From contig PKQS02000009.1 of the NCBI GenBank assembly GCA_017577945.2, positions 787 through 64,786 on the forward strand: a stretch of 64,000 bases of DNA, read 5' to 3'. The DNA comes from Bacillota bacterium (GTDB lineage: Bacteria; Bacillota; Limnochordia; Limnochordales; ZCTH02-B6). Numbering within the stretch: the first letter of the stretch is position 1; each line of letters starts with the position of its first letter. The notes beneath the pieces were generated by a model, which did not search any database, was not told the DNA's origin, and worked only from the letters and a program-made list of their open reading frames with translations. Of this stretch, positions 58,978-64,000 are shown in pieces. The position numbers were made by a program, and so were the translations under genes.

Positions 58978-60015
58978 CTACGTGCCCGGCCGCTCTCCCA
59001 GCACGGTGACCACCAGCAGCGCCTTGATGAGGACCAGCGCCAGCGGCCCGATGAAAAACCCCGCCAATCCCGCCGCCCGGACCCCGACGTACACCGCGGC
59101 CAGCACGGTCAGCGGGTGCAGCCCCAGCTGCGCACCGAACACGTACGGCTCCGCGAGCTGCCTCAGCAAGGTGAGGGCGATCCACAGTCCGGCGACTTTG
59201 AGGGCCGCTGCCGGATCGCCTAAGAACGCATAACATGCCGCCGCCGGCAGCAAGACGCCGCCTGGCCCCACCATCGGCGCCAGATCGAGGATGCCCGCCG
59301 CCAGCCCCAGCAGCCACGGGTAAGGCACGCCGGCCAGCGCCAGCCCCGCCACGCTCAGCCCCGTCGTGGCGCCTACAAGGATGAACTGCGCCCGCAGCAA
59401 GCCCAGCACGCCGCCGACGACCTCGTCCCGGATGCGCGCCAGCGGCGCTCGCCACGGGTCCGGCGCGGCTCGCAGCACCGCGGCCCACAACACGTGCCGA
59501 TCGCGGCTGATAAAGTACGTAGCCAGGCCGCTGACCCCCAGAAAAAACAACGCGCTGGGCGCCCCCCGCAGGCTTCCCACCGCGTTGCGAACGACGGCCG
59601 TGGCGGTGCGGGCCGCGGCCTCCGAGTCGAAGCGGAGCAAGTCGCCCAGCGGCGACGGAAGCTCCGCGAAAAACCGACTGGCCGCCTGCCGCAGCGCCTC
59701 GGCACGCTCGGCCAGCACTCCGACATACGCGGGCAGCTGGGCCAGCAGCCGCTCGAGCTCCGAGATCAAGTTGGCGACGACCAGAGCGACGGCGCCCAGG
59801 CAGAGGGACAAGAAAGCCGCCAGCACCAGGAGCACGGCGGCGCCGCGCCGCATGCCCGTCGCCGCCCGCAGCCGACCCACGTACGGGTCGATGACGGCCG
59901 CGAGCAAAAAAGCAAACAAAAAAGGCGCCACGTATGACCACGCGAGCACCAGCACGGCGGCCGCCGCGGCGATGGCCGCCAGCGTCTGCAGCAGCACCCG
60001 CTGCCTGCGGCGCAT
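58978..60015 (-). CDS. AI-2E (PerM/YtvI-like) family integral membrane protein
   Basis: Eight hydrophobic segments and a GILDLAPMVGPGGVLLP family motif. Confidence 0.75.
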   Translation of the reverse strand: MRRRQRVLLQTLAAIAAAAAVLVLAWSYVAPFLFAFLLAAVIDPYVGRLRAATGMRRGAAVLLVLAAFLSLCLGAVALVVANLISELERLLAQLPAYVGVLAERAEALRQAASRFFAELPSPLGDLLRFDSEAAARTATAVVRNAVGSLRGAPSALFFLGVSGLATYFISRDRHVLWAAVLRAAPDPWRAPLARIRDEVVGGVLGLLRAQFILVGATTGLSVAGLALAGVPYPWLLGLAAGILDLAPMVGPGGVLLPAAACYAFLGDPAAALKVAGLWIALTLLRQLAEPYVFGAQLGLHPLTVLAAVYVGVRAAGLAGFFIGPLALVLIKALLVVTVLGERPGT

Positions 60016-60055
60016 CGGCTCCGCCCCCCGTCGCGGCGGCGCCCGGGCGGGGTCG

Positions 60056-60859
60056 TTACGGTCGCAGCGTCAGGTAGTAAACGGCCGGCGCCACCAGCAT
60101 CAGGCTGTCGAAACGGTCCAGCACGCCGCCGTGCCCCGGCAGCAGCCGCCCGCTGTCTTTCACGCCGGCTTCGCGCTTGAACGACGACTCCAGCAAGTCG
60201 CCCAGCTGCGCCGCCACCGGAACCGTCGCGGCCAGCACCAGCGCGCGGCCCAGCGGCATCGACGCCGCGAAGACCGCCGTCAGCAGCACGCCGACGAAGC
60301 CGGCCACCCAGCCGCCGACGGCGCCCGAGACCGTCTTGTTCGGGCTCAGCGCGGGCACGAGCTTGCGTCCTCCCAGGGCGCGCCCGACGAAAAACGCAGC
60401 CATATCCGTCGCCCACGTGCCGAACACGGCCACCAGCGTGCGCATCAGCCCGTCGCCGCCGCTGCCGCGCAGCAGCACCAAGTGCGCCAGCAGTCCGGCC
60501 ACGTAGGTGACGCCCAGCACCACGGCCCCGGCCGCCAAGAACGGCCGGCGGCGCGGCGACAGCGCCTCACGCGCCACGGCGTACACGGCCGTCGCGAAGA
60601 GCGCGGCCGCCAGCTCCAGCCCGGGCGCCGCATCCGCCCTTGCGGCATTGTACGCCGCCAGCGCCACCAGTAGACCGCCGCCAAACAGCGCATCCAGCGG
60701 CAGGGAGAGGTCAAAGCAGGCCCGCACCAGCCGCTGCCACTCAAAGAGTCCAACGATGATCAGAAAACAGACCAGCAGAAACCACCATACGCCGCCGGCC
60801 GCGGCGGCTCCCAGGAAAATCGGAATGCCCACGGCGGCCGTCAGCACTCGCGCGCGCAT
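60056..60859 (-). CDS. cdsA: Phosphatidate cytidylyltransferase
   Basis: SSFKREAGVKDSGRLLPGHGGVLDRFDS signature. Confidence 0.95.
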   Translation of the reverse strand: MRARVLTAAVGIPIFLGAAAAGGVWWFLLVCFLIIVGLFEWQRLVRACFDLSLPLDALFGGGLLVALAAYNAARADAAPGLELAAALFATAVYAVAREALSPRRRPFLAAGAVVLGVTYVAGLLAHLVLLRGSGGDGLMRTLVAVFGTWATDMAAFFVGRALGGRKLVPALSPNKTVSGAVGGWVAGFVGVLLTAVFAASMPLGRALVLAATVPVAAQLGDLLESSFKREAGVKDSGRLLPGHGGVLDRFDSLMLVAPAVYYLTLRP

Positions 60860-60874
60860 GCAACTGCCTCCTAC

Positions 60875-61663
60875 TTACACGCGGCCGAACCGCCTCTGCC
60901 TCCGCTGGAAGTCGATAATCGCGCTATACAGGTGAGCTCGCCCGAAGTCGGGCCAGAAGACCGGCGTGATCCACAGCTCGGCGTAAGCCGCCTGCCAGAG
61001 CAGGAAGTTGGAGATGCGGTGTTCTCCCCCGGTCCGGATGATCAAGTCGGGATCGGGCACGTCCGCCGTGTACAGGTACGACGCGAAGCGAGCCTCGTCC
61101 ACGTCTTCCAGCCGCGCCGCGCCGCGCAGCACGTCGGCGGCCAAGCGCTTGGCCGCCTGGACGATCTCGGCCCGCCCTCCGTAATTGAGCGCCACGCACA
61201 GATCGAGGCGGCCTTCTTTCGGCGCGCGGGCCAGGGCCTCGTCCAGCTTCTCGTTGACCCGCTGCGGGAGCCTGGCCCGATCGCCGATGATGCGCAGCCG
61301 CACACCGTGCTCTTCCAGCTTCGGCAGCTCCTCGTCCACCACCGTCACGAGCAGATCCATCAGGAAACCGACTTCTTCTTGCGGCCGTTCCCAGTTCTCC
61401 GTCGAAAAGGCGTAGACGGTCAGATAAGGAATGCCCAGCTCCACGCAGGCCTCCACCGTCTCCCGCAGCGCCCGCACGCCGGCGCGGTGCCCTTCGACGC
61501 GCGGCAGCAACCGCCGCGTCGCCCAACGGCCGTTGCCGTCCATGATGACCGCGACGTGGACCGGCAGCCGGCTGCGGTCGATGAGCTGCAGCAGCTGCTC
61601 CTCAGCCGACGCCGCGCCGCCGGCGACAGGCTCCCGGCCGTTGGCCTGCGGCGGCATATTCAT
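60875..61663 (-). CDS. uppS: Undecaprenyl-diphosphate synthase
   Basis: HVAVIMDGNGRWA and FSTENWERP motifs. ATG 61663 overlaps the upstream small-ORF stop (ATGA). Confidence 0.95.
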   Translation of the reverse strand: MNMPPQANGREPVAGGAASAEEQLLQLIDRSRLPVHVAVIMDGNGRWATRRLLPRVEGHRAGVRALRETVEACVELGIPYLTVYAFSTENWERPQEEVGFLMDLLVTVVDEELPKLEEHGVRLRIIGDRARLPQRVNEKLDEALARAPKEGRLDLCVALNYGGRAEIVQAAKRLAADVLRGAARLEDVDEARFASYLYTADVPDPDLIIRTGGEHRISNFLLWQAAYAELWITPVFWPDFGRAHLYSAIIDFQRRQRRFGRV

Positions 61664-61893
61664 CGTTTCGGTAACTCCTCGCTGCATGAGACTCGTCCCT
61701 CGATTTCAGGTACCACGACGAGCACGACGCCGCGCTCCGCATCCAGCGTTTGGCGCGCGACGCGCCACGAAGCGGCGGACCAGCCGGACGACGGCGGTAC
61801 ATAGGGCTCGACGCGGACGCGCCATCCCTCCGCCAAGAGCTTTCGGAGAGCCTCTCCCAGCGGCAAGGCCAACGCGTCGCGTAGGCTGCTCAA
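61660..61893 (-). CDS. Small hypothetical protein, 77 aa, wedged between frr and uppS
   Basis: TTG start with AAGGAG 10 nt upstream. TTGA overlap with the frr stop and ATGA overlap with the uppS start. About 80 percent GC3. Confidence 0.5.
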   Translation of the reverse strand: MSSLRDALALPLGEALRKLLAEGWRVRVEPYVPPSSGWSAASWRVARQTLDAERGVVLVVVPEIEGRVSCSEELPKR

Positions 61894-62456
61894 ACTTCCA
61901 GGATCTCCTTTTCCTTGGCGGCCAGCAGCTCGTCGATCTCCTTAATATACTTGTCCGTCAGCTGCTGCACATCCGCCTGCGCCCGGCGCGACTCGTCCTC
62001 GGAGATAATGCCTTCTTTCTCCAGGCGCTTCAGCTCGTCGTTGGCGTCGCGCCGCACGTTGCGAACGGCGACCCGCTTCTCTTCCGCTTCCTTGCGGGCC
62101 AGCCGCGCCAAGTCGCGCCGCCGCTCCTCCGTCAGGGGCGGGATCTGGATGCGGATGACCGAGCCGTCGCTGGTGGGCGTCAGGCCCAGCTCCGAGGCGA
62201 GGATGGCCTTTTCGATGTTCTTGATGACGGACTTGTCCCAAGGCTGAATGACCAAGAGCCGCGGCTCCGGCGCCGTGATGGAGGCCACCTGGTTGATGGG
62301 CGTGGGCGTGCCGTAGTAGTCGACGGTGATGCGCTCCAGCAAGGCGGGGTTGGCTCGCCCGGTGCGGATGCTGGCGAGCTCGCGGCGGGCGGCTTGCACG
62401 GCCAGCTGCATCTTTTGTTCGGCGTCGCGCAGGATGGCTTGTATTTGTTCCGACAT
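61890..62456 (-). CDS. frr: Ribosome recycling factor
   Basis: [20 protein letters not shown] signature. Confidence 0.97.
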   Translation of the reverse strand: MSEQIQAILRDAEQKMQLAVQAARRELASIRTGRANPALLERITVDYYGTPTPINQVASITAPEPRLLVIQPWDKSVIKNIEKAILASELGLTPTSDGSVIRIQIPPLTEERRRDLARLARKEAEEKRVAVRNVRRDANDELKRLEKEGIISEDESRRAQADVQQLTDKYIKEIDELLAAKEKEILEV

Positions 62457-62459
62457 AGA

Positions 62460-63212
<753 letters not shown>

Positions 63213-63293
63213 TCATTCTCGGCGCGCGGGAAGAGTCCTTGCCCGCGCGCACAAATCCCCGCCACGGGGCGAGGACTCCGTGGGAAATCGATG

Positions 63294-63339
63294 AGAGGAA
63301 AAGAAAGGGGACCTGTCCGCCCCGGCGGACATGGTCCCC
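63294..63339 (-). terminator. Rho-independent terminator after tsf
   Basis: About 13-bp GC-rich stem GGGGACCATGTCCGCC...GGCGGACAGGTCCCC (one bulge), followed on the minus strand by TTTCTTTTCCTCTC. Confidence 0.75.
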
Positions 63340-63348
63340 TGTCCTGCG

Positions 63349-63978
63349 TCACGCCTCTTGGTCCGCTCGCCCGCCGGCGTGTTCGCCCCGTTCGAACCGG
63401 ACGAACCGGCGAACGGTGATGTTTTCGCCGAGGGTGGCGATATGCTCCTGGATGAGATCGTGGACCTTCTTCTCCGGATCCTTGACGAAGGGCTGCTCGA
63501 GAAGGCACGTCTCTTCGTAGAACTTCTCCAGCCGCCCGGCGACGATTTTGTCGACGACGTGCTCCGGCTTGCCCTCGTTGAGGGCGGCGGCCCGCAAGAC
63601 GCGGCGCTCCTCCTCGAGCACGCTCTCCGGCACGTCTTCACGCGAGACGTACAGCGGCTTGGCGGCGGCGATATGCATCGCCAGATCCCGCACGAGCTGT
63701 TGGAAAATCGCGTTGCGCGCGACGAAATCCGTCTCGCAGTTGACTTCGATCAGGACGCCGATGCGCCCGCCGGGGTGGATGTACGCGTCCACCACGCCCT
63801 CGACGGCCACGCGGCCGGCCTTCTTGGCCGCCGCAGCGAGGCCCTTCTCCCGCAGCCAGGCGACGGCTTTCTCCATGTCGCCGCCCGTGGCCTCCAGGGC
63901 TCGCTTGCAGTCCATCATGCCGGCCTGCGTCCGCTCCCGCAACTCCTTAACCATTTGCGGCGTTATCGTCTGCGCCAT
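63349..63978 (-). CDS. tsf: Elongation factor Ts (short about 200-aa form)
   Basis: [40 protein letters not shown]-like N-terminus. Confidence 0.95.
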   Translation of the reverse strand: MAQTITPQMVKELRERTQAGMMDCKRALEATGGDMEKAVAWLREKGLAAAAKKAGRVAVEGVVDAYIHPGGRIGVLIEVNCETDFVARNAIFQQLVRDLAMHIAAAKPLYVSREDVPESVLEEERRVLRAAALNEGKPEHVVDKIVAGRLEKFYEETCLLEQPFVKDPEKKVHDLIQEHIATLGENITVRRFVRFERGEHAGGRADQEA

Positions 63979-64000
63979 CAGATTCCGCGCCCCCTTGCGT

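Overview
Very GC-rich chromosomal segment (third codon positions are almost all G/C) that looks like an endospore-forming Bacillota (Firmicutes)-type organism. I recognise about 65 protein genes, and all but three lie on the minus strand. The backbone is the classic Firmicutes core synteny, read right to left on the minus strand: tsf-pyrH-frr-uppS-cdsA-dxr-rseP-proS-polC-rimP-nusA-ylxR-ylxQ-infB-ylxP-rbfA-truB-ribF-rpsO-pnp. This is followed by spoIIM, deoB-pdp, dacF-spoIIAA-spoIIAB-sigF, cysteine desulfurase-thiI, miaB-mutS-mutL-miaA, spoVK, ynbB, speH, sigH, mgtC and surE. A divergent lexA / yneA-like SOS pair with three Cheo-type LexA boxes follows. I recognised no rRNA, tRNA, CRISPR array, transposase or obvious defence island. 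Four things stand out. (1) A five-gene operon (24539-30483) encodes ExbB/TolQ-like, ExbD/TolR-like and TonB/TolA-like proteins, then a 712-aa secreted cohesin-domain protein and an SLH + long coiled-coil + C-terminal TM-helix protein. Its gene order mirrors tolQ-tolR-tolA-tolB-pal with non-homologous last two genes, inside a sporulating Firmicutes-type genome. (2) The PolC-type replicase has all PolC hallmarks, but the 3'-5' exonuclease domain normally inserted in the PHP domain is absent. (3) A translationally coupled spoVK-GTPase-mini UbiA-like-small Cys protein string. (4) RibF has a degenerate riboflavin-kinase half. Many ORF-track starts are over-extended in this high-GC DNA. I re-called several from Shine-Dalgarno spacing and 4-nt stop/start overlaps. 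The organism cannot be identified from the sequence alone.
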